A stretch of 64,000 bases of DNA from Dehalococcoidia bacterium (GTDB lineage: Bacteria > Chloroflexota > Dehalococcoidia > Bin125): positions 128,001 through 192,000 of the forward strand of contig OY820591.1 in NCBI GenBank assembly GCA_963555985.3, in the 5' to 3' direction. Shown in pieces: positions 9,329 to 18,585 of this stretch. The notes under the pieces were generated by a model. The model searched no databases. It was given only the letters and a program-made list of their open reading frames with translations, and had not been told where the DNA came from. Position 1 is the stretch's first letter; each line of letters starts with the position of its first letter. Position numbers and translations under genes: made by a program.

Positions 9329-10612
9329 ATGACTACACCAACCACCGAAGAACTGCTGGCCCGCCGCGAACGACTGCTCGGGACGGGCATCGCCACGTTC
9401 TACCAATACCCGGTCCACATCGTGCGCGGCGAAGGCGTCTGGCTCTATGACGCCGAGGGACGGCGCTACCTCGACCTCTACAACAACGTGCCCTGCGTGG
9501 GGCACGCGCACCCCCATGTGGTCGAGGCAATGCGGCGCCAGACCGAGACGCTCAACGTTCATGCGCGCTACCTGCACGAGGGCATCCTCGACTATGCGGA
9601 GCGCTTGACGGGGCTGCACGCGGACCCGATCACGACTGCGGTCTTCACCTGTAGCGGCACCGAGGCCAACGAAGTCGCGATCCTGATGGCCCGCGCCGCC
9701 ACCGAGGGACGCGGGCTGATCCACACCGACGGCGCCTACCACGGCAACTCAACCGAGGTGCGCAAGCTCTCGCGGCTGCGCGGCGAAGACGAGCGGGAGA
9801 TCCGCTCGATCCCGGTCCCACAGCACTACCGCGCGATCGCTGATGAGCTTGAAGGCGAGGCCCTGACCGACGCATACCTCGCCCGTCTGCAAGCCGAGAT
9901 CGACGGCTTCGCCGAAGACGGCGTGCCCTTCGCGGGCGTGATCTTCTGCTCGATCCTCGCCAACGAGGGTCTGCCTGACATCCCACCGAACTTCATGGCT
10001 CGCGCGGCAGACCTGGTGCATGAGGCCGGCGGGTTGTTCATCTGCGACGAGGTGCAGGCCGGCTTCGCCCGCAGCGGTCGCTGGTGGGGCTACGAGACCT
10101 CCGGCGTAGTGCCCGACATCGTCAGCATGGGCAAGCCGATGGGGAACGGCCTGCCGCTGGCGGGAGTGGTCGCCTCGCAGGAGTTGGTCAACACCTTCCG
10201 CGCCAAGACGCACTACTTCAACACGTTTGCCTCCAGTCCCTTGCAGGCCGCGGTCGGACAAGCCGTGATCGACGTGATCGAACAGGAGGGCCTGGTCGAG
10301 AGCGTCGCCTCCGTGGGCGCCTACGTGCGCGACGGATTGCGGGCCATCCAGGAGCACTGCGAGCCGATGGCCGAGGTGCGCGGACCGGGACTGTTCATCG
10401 GGGTTGAGTGGGTTAAGGATCGTCAGAGCAAAGAGCCGGATCGCACGGGCGCATACGAGATCGTCAACCGCATGAGGCAGGCAGGCTTCCTGATGGGCCA
10501 ATCCGGGGAGCACGGCAACGTGCTCAAGCTGCGGCCTCCGCTGGTCTTGCAGCGGGAACACGCCGACCTGTTCCTCGAAGCGTTCGAGACCGCCGTCGCC
10601 ACGCCCGTCTGA
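9329..10612 (+). CDS. Class-III PLP aminotransferase / phospho-lyase-like (AGXT2L type)
   Basis: YLDLYNNVPCVGH, CSGTEANE, DEVQAGFAR, MGKPMGNG, NVLKLRPPL. Confidence 0.9.
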   Translation: MTTPTTEELLARRERLLGTGIATFYQYPVHIVRGEGVWLYDAEGRRYLDLYNNVPCVGHAHPHVVEAMRRQTETLNVHARYLHEGILDYAERLTGLHADPITTAVFTCSGTEANEVAILMARAATEGRGLIHTDGAYHGNSTEVRKLSRLRGEDEREIRSIPVPQHYRAIADELEGEALTDAYLARLQAEIDGFAEDGVPFAGVIFCSILANEGLPDIPPNFMARAADLVHEAGGLFICDEVQAGFARSGRWWGYETSGVVPDIVSMGKPMGNGLPLAGVVASQELVNTFRAKTHYFNTFASSPLQAAVGQAVIDVIEQEGLVESVASVGAYVRDGLRAIQEHCEPMAEVRGPGLFIGVEWVKDRQSKEPDRTGAYEIVNRMRQAGFLMGQSGEHGNVLKLRPPLVLQREHADLFLEAFETAVATPV

Positions 10613-10626
10613 GCCCACATAGAACT

Positions 10627-10745
10627 CCGTCATACCCGCGCTCCGTCGCGGAGCCTGTCTCCGTCCTGTGGGATATCTCACTGTCCAGAGCACCGCCGTC
10701 GCGCGCAGATCGAGATTGCCGCGGCGGGGCACGGCAATGACGGAG
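10627..10745. repeat. REPIN-like paired GTCAT palindromes
   Basis: CCGTCATACCCGCG...GAGATTGCCGCG...GGCAATGACGG. Confidence 0.8.
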
Positions 10746-10772
10746 GGGGGCGATCTTTGTAAGGATCCGTCA

Positions 10773-11774
10773 ATGCCTGAGCCGACCAATCTCAGCGACG
10801 CTGAGCTGCGGACAATCGCGGAGCGCGCCCTGCCCTACTGGGGACTCAAGCCCGAAGCAATCGAGCTCGTCTCGCGCAGCGAGAACACCGTCTACCGGCT
10901 CGACATGCCCAGCGGCAATCGCTACGCGCTGCGCATCCACCGTCCCGGCTACCACACGCTGCCCGAGCTCGAGTCGGAGCTGCTCTGGACGCAGGCGCTC
11001 AACGACGCCGGCATCAGCGTCCCGGTCGGCGTGAGAACATTGGACGGCCCCGGCTACGCCACCATTCCCACGCCCGACGGGAAGTCGTCGCGGGCGGTTG
11101 GACTGGTCGAGTGGATCGACGGCGAAATCCTCGGCCCCTCACTGCAAGGTGAGACCGACGCAGAGCGGATCGTCCCCCACTTCGAGCAGATGGGCCGCAT
11201 CGCGGCGGCGATGAACAATCAAGCCACCGTTTGGACACCACCGGATGGATTCACGCGGCACGCCTTCGATGTGCCGGGTTACGTGGGCGAAGCGCCGTTC
11301 TGGGGCCGGTTCTGGGATATTCCCCCGGTGCAACCCGCTCAGCGCCGGATGCTCGGTCGCGCCCGCGAGCAGATCCGCGGCATCCTCAGCGACTACGGCA
11401 AGGATCGCGGCACCTATTCGATGATCCACGCCGACCTCCACCTCCACAACATCCTCGTCGCCGACGACGGCTCCCTGCACGTGATCGACTTCGACGACGC
11501 CGGTTTTGGCTGGCACCAGTACGACTTCGCCACCGCCTTGTTCGGTTACGACGATCAGCCCTACTTCGACGCCATCCAGGACGCCATGATTCGCGGCTAC
11601 CGCACCGTGAGGCCGTTCGGCGACGAAGGGGTCTCGTTGCTGCCGCTGTTCCTGCTGATCCGTCGCCTCGTCCTGATCAGCTGGCAGTGGGATCGTCCCG
11701 AACTCGGTCGGAGAGAGGGTCTGGAGGCCTACATCGCGGATGCCTGCGAGCGGGTGGAGGCGTTTGGGTTCTGA
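10773..11774 (+). CDS. APH/homoserine-kinase-II-like phosphotransferase
   Basis: SENTVY, LRIHRPG, IHADLHLHN, VIDFDD. Confidence 0.88.
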   Translation: MPEPTNLSDAELRTIAERALPYWGLKPEAIELVSRSENTVYRLDMPSGNRYALRIHRPGYHTLPELESELLWTQALNDAGISVPVGVRTLDGPGYATIPTPDGKSSRAVGLVEWIDGEILGPSLQGETDAERIVPHFEQMGRIAAAMNNQATVWTPPDGFTRHAFDVPGYVGEAPFWGRFWDIPPVQPAQRRMLGRAREQIRGILSDYGKDRGTYSMIHADLHLHNILVADDGSLHVIDFDDAGFGWHQYDFATALFGYDDQPYFDAIQDAMIRGYRTVRPFGDEGVSLLPLFLLIRRLVLISWQWDRPELGRREGLEAYIADACERVEAFGF

Positions 11775-11810
11775 GGCCCGATGCACTCTGCTTCTGGCCC
11801 CCTCTCTCTA

Positions 11811-11954
11811 GAGACCTGCGCGTAAATCAAAGCTCCGTCATACCCGCGCTTGCCGCGGGTATCTCGCCGTGATCTGCACCGTCGTCGCTCACACGGCGAG
11901 ATTGCCGCGGCGGAGCGCGGCAATGACGGAATCGAGGATTTACACGCAACTCTC
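11811..11954. mobile_element. 144-bp MITE-like element enclosing paired REP palindromes
   Basis: TIR GAGACCTGCGCGTAAAT / ATTTACACGCAACTCTC (14/17); sits inside a CCCTCTCTC..GAGAGAGGG palindrome. Confidence 0.7.
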
Positions 11955-12004
11955 CCTTGAGAGAGGGAATCCCGCGCAGGAATGACGGATCTGCGACGTG
12001 CTGC

Positions 12005-12062
12005 TTGACATGACCGCTGGATCTCTGTACTTTACTAATAGGTTATATAATCGATTGGTGAA
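12005..12062 (+). promoter_or_regulatory. Sigma70 promoter and AT-rich operator of the ArsR-SRPBCC operon
   Basis: TTGACA (12005-12010)-17 bp-TACTTT (12028-12033), followed by AT-rich imperfect repeats. Confidence 0.6.
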
Positions 12063-12067
12063 ATACC

Positions 12068-12481
12068 GTGCCGAGCGCCAGAACCACCCGCGACCCACTC
12101 AGCGCGACCTTCGCGGCCCTCGCCGATCCGACCCGCCGCGCGATCCTGACCACGCTGGCCGACGGTGAGGCGACTGTCACCGCCCTGGCCGAGCCCTTTG
12201 ATATGACCCTGCCGGCCGTCTCCAAGCACCTCAAGGTGCTGGAGCGGGCCGGCCTGATTAAACGCAGCAGCCGCGCCCAGTGGCGTCCCTGTCGGCTCGC
12301 GCCGGAGCCGCTCAAGGACGTCTCCGACTGGGTGGAGCGCTACCGCGATCTCTGGGAACCACGCCTCGACCGTCTCGACGACTACCTCAGCGACATGCAG
12401 AGGAGCGCCGAAGCGGACGGGCGCGAGCAACCACAGCAGGATCCAGCCGAAGAACAGGAGACCGGCAATGACGACAGCTAA
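12068..12481 (+). CDS. ArsR/SmtB family regulator
   Basis: FAALADPTRRAIL...AVSKHLKVLERAGLI. Confidence 0.93.
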   Translation: MPSARTTRDPLSATFAALADPTRRAILTTLADGEATVTALAEPFDMTLPAVSKHLKVLERAGLIKRSSRAQWRPCRLAPEPLKDVSDWVERYRDLWEPRLDRLDDYLSDMQRSAEADGREQPQQDPAEEQETGNDDS

Positions 12482-12920
12482 CAGCACCATCACCGCAGAC
12501 GAGCAGGGCGTGATGATCGAGCGCATCTTCGACGCGCCGCCCGAGCTCGTCTGGCGCGCCTGGACCGAAGCCGAGCATTTTGCTCGCTGGTATGGCCCCG
12601 ACGGGTTCACCGTGCCCGAATGCGAGATCGACTTCCGCGTCGGCGGCAGCTACTCCCTCACAATGCACTCGCCCGACGGCTGGGAGGTGAAGAACACCGG
12701 CGTCTACCGCGAGATCGTCCCGAACGAGCGCTTCGTCGCCACGATGGCGGCGGACATGCACGAAGAGACTGTGCTCACGGTCGCGCTCGAAGATCTGGGC
12801 GACGGCCGCACCAAGCTGACCATGCGCCAAGACGGCTGGGCAAACGCGGACATGGCCGCCGGCGCCGGCGGGGGCTGGTCGCAGGCGCTTGAGAAGCTGG
12901 CTGCGGAGTTGGCGCGTTAG
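12468..12920 (+). CDS. SRPBCC/AHSA1 domain protein
   Basis: IERIFDAPPELVWRAWT, DFRVGG, GW..ALEKL. Confidence 0.9.
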   Translation: MTTANSTITADEQGVMIERIFDAPPELVWRAWTEAEHFARWYGPDGFTVPECEIDFRVGGSYSLTMHSPDGWEVKNTGVYREIVPNERFVATMAADMHEETVLTVALEDLGDGRTKLTMRQDGWANADMAAGAGGGWSQALEKLAAELAR

Positions 12921-12990
12921 GAGCGCCGAATCCTGCGTCGATCCGTATACGACTGGTTACGCTGCAAGCAGTCTCGGAGAGGACGGCGCG

Positions 12991-13221
12991 ATGTGCTGGA
13001 AAGACCGAATTGAGCTGAACCCCGACGTGTTGGTCGGCAAGCCGATCATCAAAGGCACGCGCATCTCGGTTGAGTTTGTCATTCAGCTGCTCGCCGACGA
13101 CCTGTCCGTCGACGACGTCCTCGAGAACTACCCCCACCTCTGCCGCGAGGATGTACTTGCCTGTCTCAGCTATGCGAGTCACTGGCTGCAAACCGAGCGC
13201 GTCTACCCGCTCAAGACATAG
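12991..13221 (+). CDS. DUF433 antitoxin
   Basis: GKPIIKGTRISV..YPHL..EDV.ACL.YA. Confidence 0.9.
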   Translation: MCWKDRIELNPDVLVGKPIIKGTRISVEFVIQLLADDLSVDDVLENYPHLCREDVLACLSYASHWLQTERVYPLKT

Positions 13222-13227
13222 CCGCGC

Positions 13228-13590
13228 ATGAGAGTCCTCGCCGACGAAAACATCTGGCCGGGCGCCGTTGACGCGTTGCGTATGCGCGGAGACGATGTGG
13301 CCTGGGTGCTCCAGGATGCACCTGGCACGATCGACGAAGAGGTACTGGCCCGAGCGGGCAGAGAACGGCGCCTGTTGATCACAGCCGACAAAGGCTTCGG
13401 AGACTTGGTCTTCGTACGGTTGTTGCCCGCAGACCACGGCGTCATCTTGATCCGGACCGAAGGCCCGCTTGACTTTCGAACCGCTCGATTGCTTGAGACG
13501 ATCAACATGCGCGAAGACTGGAGCGGCCTGTTCGCATCGGTCGGCGACACCAGCGTACGCATACGGCCAGTACCGCCGTCGAGCGCCTGA
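13228..13590 (+). CDS. DUF5615 PIN-like toxin
   Basis: VLADEN, DEEVL..A, LITADKGFG; adjacent to DUF433. Confidence 0.88.
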   Translation: MRVLADENIWPGAVDALRMRGDDVAWVLQDAPGTIDEEVLARAGRERRLLITADKGFGDLVFVRLLPADHGVILIRTEGPLDFRTARLLETINMREDWSGLFASVGDTSVRIRPVPPSSA

Positions 13591-13649
13591 ATCTGCGAAA
13601 CATCCCGCTCCGGAGCGCCACTATCCTGCCTCCCGACGGAGGAACTGCC

Positions 13650-16600
13650 ATGCCCATCACCAAGCTCCTGGTCGCCAATCGCGGCGAAATTGCGATCCGC
13701 ATCATCCGCGCCGCGCGCGAACTGGGGCTGGACTCCATTGCCATTCACTCGCAGGACGACGCGAGCTCGCTCCACGTGCGCCGCGCGGACGAGGCGATCG
13801 CGCTCGAAGGCGTCGGCGCGCGAGCATACCTCGATGTCGAGGCCGTAATCGATGCGGTCAAGTCCTCAGGCTGCGACGCACTCCACCCGGGCTACGGCTT
13901 CCTCGCCGAGAGCGCGGAACTGGCGCGGCGCTGTGAGCAGGAAGGCATCACCTTCGCCGGACCGACCGTCGCTTCGCTCGAACTGTTCGGCGACAAGGCG
14001 CGCGCGCGGGCGCTGGCGGCGGAGCATGACGTGCCGGTTCTACCGGGCAGCGCCGGAGCAGTTGATCTGGCCGGAGCCGCCGCATTCTTCGACTCGCTCG
14101 GCGACGGCGGCGCGATGATCATCAAAGCGATCGCTGGAGGCGGCGGCCGCGGGATGCGCATGGTCACGGCGGCCGATCAGCTTGAGGAGGCGTTCGAGCG
14201 CTGCCAATCCGAAGCCGCCGCCGCCTTCGGCAACGGAGCAGTCCTGGTCGAGCGCCTGATGACCCGCGCCCGCCACGTCGAAGTCCAGATCATCGGCGAC
14301 GGAACCGGCGCGGTCTCCCACCTCGGCGAACGCGAGTGCAGCTTGCAGCGGCGTCATCAGAAGGTCGTCGAATGGGCGCCCAGCCCGTCGATCAGCGCAG
14401 AGACGCGCGAGCGACTGACCGCCTCCGCCGTACGCATAGCGGCTGCGGCGAACTACCGCACCCTGGGCACGTTCGAGTTCCTCGTCAACGGCAATGACGA
14501 GCGCGATTTCTCCTTCATTGAGGCGAATCCGCGACTCCAAGTCGAACACACCGTGACCGAGGAGGTCACCGGCGTCGATCTGGTGCGAGCGCAGCTACGA
14601 ATCGCTGGCGGCCAAAGCCTTGCCGAGGTCGGCCTGGCCCAAGACAACGTGCCCGCCGCGCGCGGTTACGCGATCCAGGCGCGGGTCAACATGGAGCGGA
14701 TGGAGCCGAGCGGCGAGGTGCGGCCCTCGGGCGGGATGCTGACCACCTTCGAGCCGCCCTCGGGTCCGGGCGTGCGCGTGGACACCTACGGCTACCCGGG
14801 CTACACGACCAACCCCAACTTCGACTCGCTGCTGGCGAAAGTGATCGCATACTCCGCCTCGTCCGACTTCGGCGATGCCGTGACGCGGGCGCAGCGAGCG
14901 CTAGCCGAGTTCCGAATCGAGGGCGTCGAAGCCAATCTGCCCTTCCTCGAACGAGCCCTGGCTCACGGCGACTTCGCCGCAGGCGAGATCTACACCCGCT
15001 GGGTCGATGACCAGATCGCCGATCTGGCAGCGCCCGCGACATCCGGCGCGGCTTCCCAGAATGGCGCAGCCGATCTCGCCGCCGGACTGGCGGGAGCGCA
15101 ACTGGATACCCGCGATCCGCTGGCTGGACTGAATTACTTCCGCGAAGGCTCAGGTACCAGAGCGCAGCAGGCGGTCGCAACCGTCGCGCCGGGCACGCAG
15201 CCCACACCCCAGATCGCCGGACCGCCGGGCACCGAGCCGGTGCGCTCGCCCTTGCAAGGCACGATCATCCAGATTCTCGTGGAAGAGGGCGACGCAGTGC
15301 GCGAGGGTCAGCAGATGTTCGTGATGGACTCCATGAAGATGGAGCACGTGATCAACTCCGACCTGGGCGGCTACCTGCGCCAGCTCACGGTCGCAGTCGG
15401 CGATGTGGTCTATGAGGGACATCCGCTCGCCTTCATCGAAGCGGCGGACGTCGGCGATGCGATCCGCGAAGAAGTCGCCGAGATCGACCTCGACTACATC
15501 CGCCCCGACCTGCAAAAGCTGCTCGACAATCTCGCCGCCGGCAAGGACGAGAACCGCCAACCATGGGTCGAGCGCCGACACGCCAAAGGCAAGCTCACCC
15601 AGCGCGAGAGCCTGGCCGAACTGGTCGATGAGGGCAGTTGGGTCGAGCTGGGCGAACTGGTCCTGCCCGCCCGCCACCGGATCATGTCGATCGAGGAGAT
15701 GCGCGTGCGCGCTCCCGCCGACGGCATGATCACCGGCATCGGCACCGTCAACGGCAACCTCTTCGACGAACACCGCGCGACCACCCTGGTGGCGATGTAC
15801 GACGAAACGGTCTGGGCCGGCACCCAGGGGATGATGGGTCACCAGAAGACCGACCGGATCATCAAGTTCGCCGACGAGCAGGCGACGCCCCTAATCGTCT
15901 GGGCCGAGGGCGCAGGCGGACGCTCCGGCGACACCGACTTCGGCGACATCTCCGCCGCCGGTCAGTGGGTGCCGACCTACGACATGATGGCGCGGATCAG
16001 CGGCACCGTCCCGATGATCGGGATCACCGCCGGCCGCACCTTCGCCGGCAACGCCTCAATCCTCGGCATCACCGACTGCATCATCGCCACCCGCGACGCC
16101 AACATCGGCATGGGCGGCCCCGCCACAATCGAGGGCGGCGGTCTCGGTCTGTTCACGCCCGAAGAGATCGGCCCGATGTCCGATCTCGGCCCCGCCGGCA
16201 GCGTCGACATCCTCGTCGACGATGAGCACGAAGCCATCGCCGCCGCCAAGCAGTACCTCTCCTACTTCCAGGGCTCGATCCCAAGCTGGGACTGCGTCGA
16301 CCAACGCCTCCTGCGCCACGCCATCCCCGAAAACCGCAAGCGACCCTTCAGCGTGCGCAAGGTGATCGAGCAGATGGCGGACATCGACTCCGTACTGGAG
16401 TTACGCGCCGAATTCGGCGTCGGCATCATCACCTCGCTGATCCGGATCGAGGGCCACCCGATCGGCGTGATCGCGAACAACAACGAGCACCTCGGCGGCG
16501 CGGTCGACAGCCCCGGCGCGGACAAGCTCTGCCGCTTCGCCCAGCTCTGCGACTGCTTCAACATCCCCATCCTCGTCCTGGTCGACACGACCGGCATGAT

Positions 16601-17060
16601 GGTCGGCCCCGATGTCGAGCGCACCGGCCTCGCCCGCAAGTGCAATAACGTCTTCGTCACGTTGGCCAACGCTCAGTCGCCGCGCTTCACAGTGATCCTG
16701 CGCAAGTCCTACGGACTGGCCGCGCAAGCGATGATGACCGGCAGCTCGCGCGCCCCGCTCTTCGCCCTTGCCTGGCCGACCGCCGAACTGGGCGGCATGA
16801 ACCTCGAAGCGGCAATCCGGTTGGGCAACCGAGCCGAGTTGGAGGCGATCGAGGACATCGAGCAACGTGCTGCCCGCTATGAGGCGCTGGTTGCCAACGC
16901 CTATTGGAGGGGCAACGCGATCAACTCCGCCTCCGTCCACGAAAACGACGGCGTGATCGACCCCGCCGAAACCCGCCGCTGGATCGTCCGAGGCCTGATG
17001 GCCTGCGAAAACCCCGAACCAATCCGCCGCGGCCGCCGCCCCAACATCGACACCTGGTAG
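13650..17060 (+). CDS. Single-chain biotin-dependent acyl-CoA carboxylase (BC-BCCP-CT fusion)
   Basis: ANRGEIA, HPGYGFLAE, GGGGRGM, RLQVEH; SMKME biotin site; C-terminal CT domains. Confidence 0.93.
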   Translation: MPITKLLVANRGEIAIRIIRAARELGLDSIAIHSQDDASSLHVRRADEAIALEGVGARAYLDVEAVIDAVKSSGCDALHPGYGFLAESAELARRCEQEGITFAGPTVASLELFGDKARARALAAEHDVPVLPGSAGAVDLAGAAAFFDSLGDGGAMIIKAIAGGGGRGMRMVTAADQLEEAFERCQSEAAAAFGNGAVLVERLMTRARHVEVQIIGDGTGAVSHLGERECSLQRRHQKVVEWAPSPSISAETRERLTASAVRIAAAANYRTLGTFEFLVNGNDERDFSFIEANPRLQVEHTVTEEVTGVDLVRAQLRIAGGQSLAEVGLAQDNVPAARGYAIQARVNMERMEPSGEVRPSGGMLTTFEPPSGPGVRVDTYGYPGYTTNPNFDSLLAKVIAYSASSDFGDAVTRAQRALAEFRIEGVEANLPFLERALAHGDFAAGEIYTRWVDDQIADLAAPATSGAASQNGAADLAAGLAGAQLDTRDPLAGLNYFREGSGTRAQQAVATVAPGTQPTPQIAGPPGTEPVRSPLQGTIIQILVEEGDAVREGQQMFVMDSMKMEHVINSDLGGYLRQLTVAVGDVVYEGHPLAFIEAADVGDAIREEVAEIDLDYIRPDLQKLLDNLAAGKDENRQPWVERRHAKGKLTQRESLAELVDEGSWVELGELVLPARHRIMSIEEMRVRAPADGMITGIGTVNGNLFDEHRATTLVAMYDETVWAGTQGMMGHQKTDRIIKFADEQATPLIVWAEGAGGRSGDTDFGDISAAGQWVPTYDMMARISGTVPMIGITAGRTFAGNASILGITDCIIATRDANIGMGGPATIEGGGLGLFTPEEIGPMSDLGPAGSVDILVDDEHEAIAAAKQYLSYFQGSIPSWDCVDQRLLRHAIPENRKRPFSVRKVIEQMADIDSVLELRAEFGVGIITSLIRIEGHPIGVIANNNEHLGGAVDSPGADKLCRFAQLCDCFNIPILVLVDTTGMMVGPDVERTGLARKCNNVFVTLANAQSPRFTVILRKSYGLAAQAMMTGSSRAPLFALAWPTAELGGMNLEAAIRLGNRAELEAIEDIEQRAARYEALVANAYWRGNAINSASVHENDGVIDPAETRRWIVRGLMACENPEPIRRGRRPNIDTW

Positions 17061-17198
17061 AGACCAATCACAACATCGCCCCTCTCCTCTGCACCCTCAC
17101 CGTCATACCCGAGCTTGCCGCAGACAGGTTGAACTGCACAGCGAGCGGGCGTAGGGTCAGCCCCAGACCTGAGTGGATGCAGCGCGAGGAGTCAAGCA

Positions 17199-18368
17199 AT
17201 GTCTGAACAACCGTCGGGCGACGCGATGCTGCGCGAACGCATCGGCCAAATGCCCGTGCCCGAATTCGCCGAAACCGCCTGGACTACGCCGCCCCCGCTC
17301 TCCGAGGCGCGCGTCGCAGTCGTCACCTCTGCCGCTCTTTACCCGCGCGACGGCGACGCCTTCATCCCCGGCGACACCAGCTACCGCGCGCTCGATCCCG
17401 CCGTGCGTGAGCTGGTGCTGGGCCACTGGAGTCCGAACTTCGACCGCTCCGCCTTCGCAATCGACTACAACGTGGTCTATCCGCTCGCTCGCCTGGACGA
17501 ACTGGCCGAACAGGGCGTCATCGGATCAGTCGCCTCGAAGCACTACTCGTTCGCGGGCAATCAGCCCGACGATGTGGCCACCGTCCGGCTCGATTCCGGT
17601 CCGGCCTGCGCCGCCGAGCTCAAGGCCGACGGCGTGGACGTCGTGCTGCTGACACCGGTTTGACCGCTCTGTACTCGTACCGTGTGTACGCTCGCCCACG
17701 TCTTCGAGGCAGCCGGCCTCACCACCGTCACGATCTCCGCCATTCGCCGCGTCCCCGAGCGCATGCGCCCGCCCCGCGTCCTGCACGGCGAGTTCCCGCT
17801 CGGACGACCGCTGGGCAAGCCCAACGATCCCGACTTCCAGCACGATGTCCTCCGCCGCGCCTTCGCGCTGCTCGAGCGCGACGCCGGCCCCGTGCTCGAA
17901 GACCACCCGGAGACCATCGTCGCCGACGAAGAGCCGCTCAGTTGCACCGTCCCACCGCGCTTCGATCCCGATCTCGCGCCCGCCGTCGATGAGGCTGGCG
18001 GTCTGCGCAAGGCCTACGACCGCGCGCTCGCGCGGCGCGGTGTCAGCAATGTCGGCCGCGCCGTCGACGCCGACGGCGTCCCCGCCGCGCTTGACGTCCT
18101 CCAGCAGATCGTCGATGGCACGCCCTGGAAGACAGCCGGCATCCCGGGCGGCAACACCATGGCTATCGCCCACGACATCCGCTCCTACTACGAGGAGGCC
18201 GCGCTAGAGCTCACCGACGCGCCCAACCCGGGCGGTCGCCAGGCCGAAGCCTGGTTCTTCGAGCGCACCGAAGCCGGCAAGCTGATGCTCGCCGTCCGCA
18301 AAGCCCTCGCCGCACAGGGCGCCCCACAAGGAGTTTGGTTCTACATGGCCCCAGGCCACCGCAGCTAA
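17199..18368 (+). CDS. PrdB/GrdB-like selenoprotein (Sec at UGA 17661-17663, UxxC), 389 aa
   Basis: ORFs 17199-17663 and 17682-18368 are in one frame: VLLTPV-U-PLCTRTV; family motifs on both sides; hairpin 17 nt after the UGA. Confidence 0.85.
17676..17690 (+). promoter_or_regulatory. Putative bacterial SECIS hairpin
   Basis: CGTAC-CGTGT-GTACG stem-loop; G at loop position 2; loop starts 17 nt after the UGA. Confidence 0.6.
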
Positions 18369-18400
18369 CCGCCCTCCCTTCGAGAGAGGCTGTCTCGCGG

Positions 18401-18563
18401 GAGACCTGTGCGCAAATCAAACACCGTCGTCGCGCACGCGGCGAGATTGCCGCGGCGGAGCGCGGCAATGACGGAGCCGGGCGGTTCCCATCTCCCCCCG
18501 CACTGCGGGGGGAGAAGTCACGAAGTGCCTGCCCCCGCGTAGGCGGGGGACAGAGGGGGGTCC
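18401..18563. repeat. Composite repeat: partial MITE/GTCAT palindrome plus CCCCC-type palindrome
   Basis: GAGACCTGTGCGCAAAT...GGCAATGACGG; TCTCCCCCCGCACTGCGGGGGGAGA...GACAGAGGGGGG. Confidence 0.75.
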
Positions 18564-18585
18564 GCCCACCTGAGAGGGAGCTCCG

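Noticed and set aside
17682-18368. Separate gene, or nonsense pseudogene
   Set aside because: In-frame UxxC, SECIS-like hairpin and continuous family similarity favour Sec read-through
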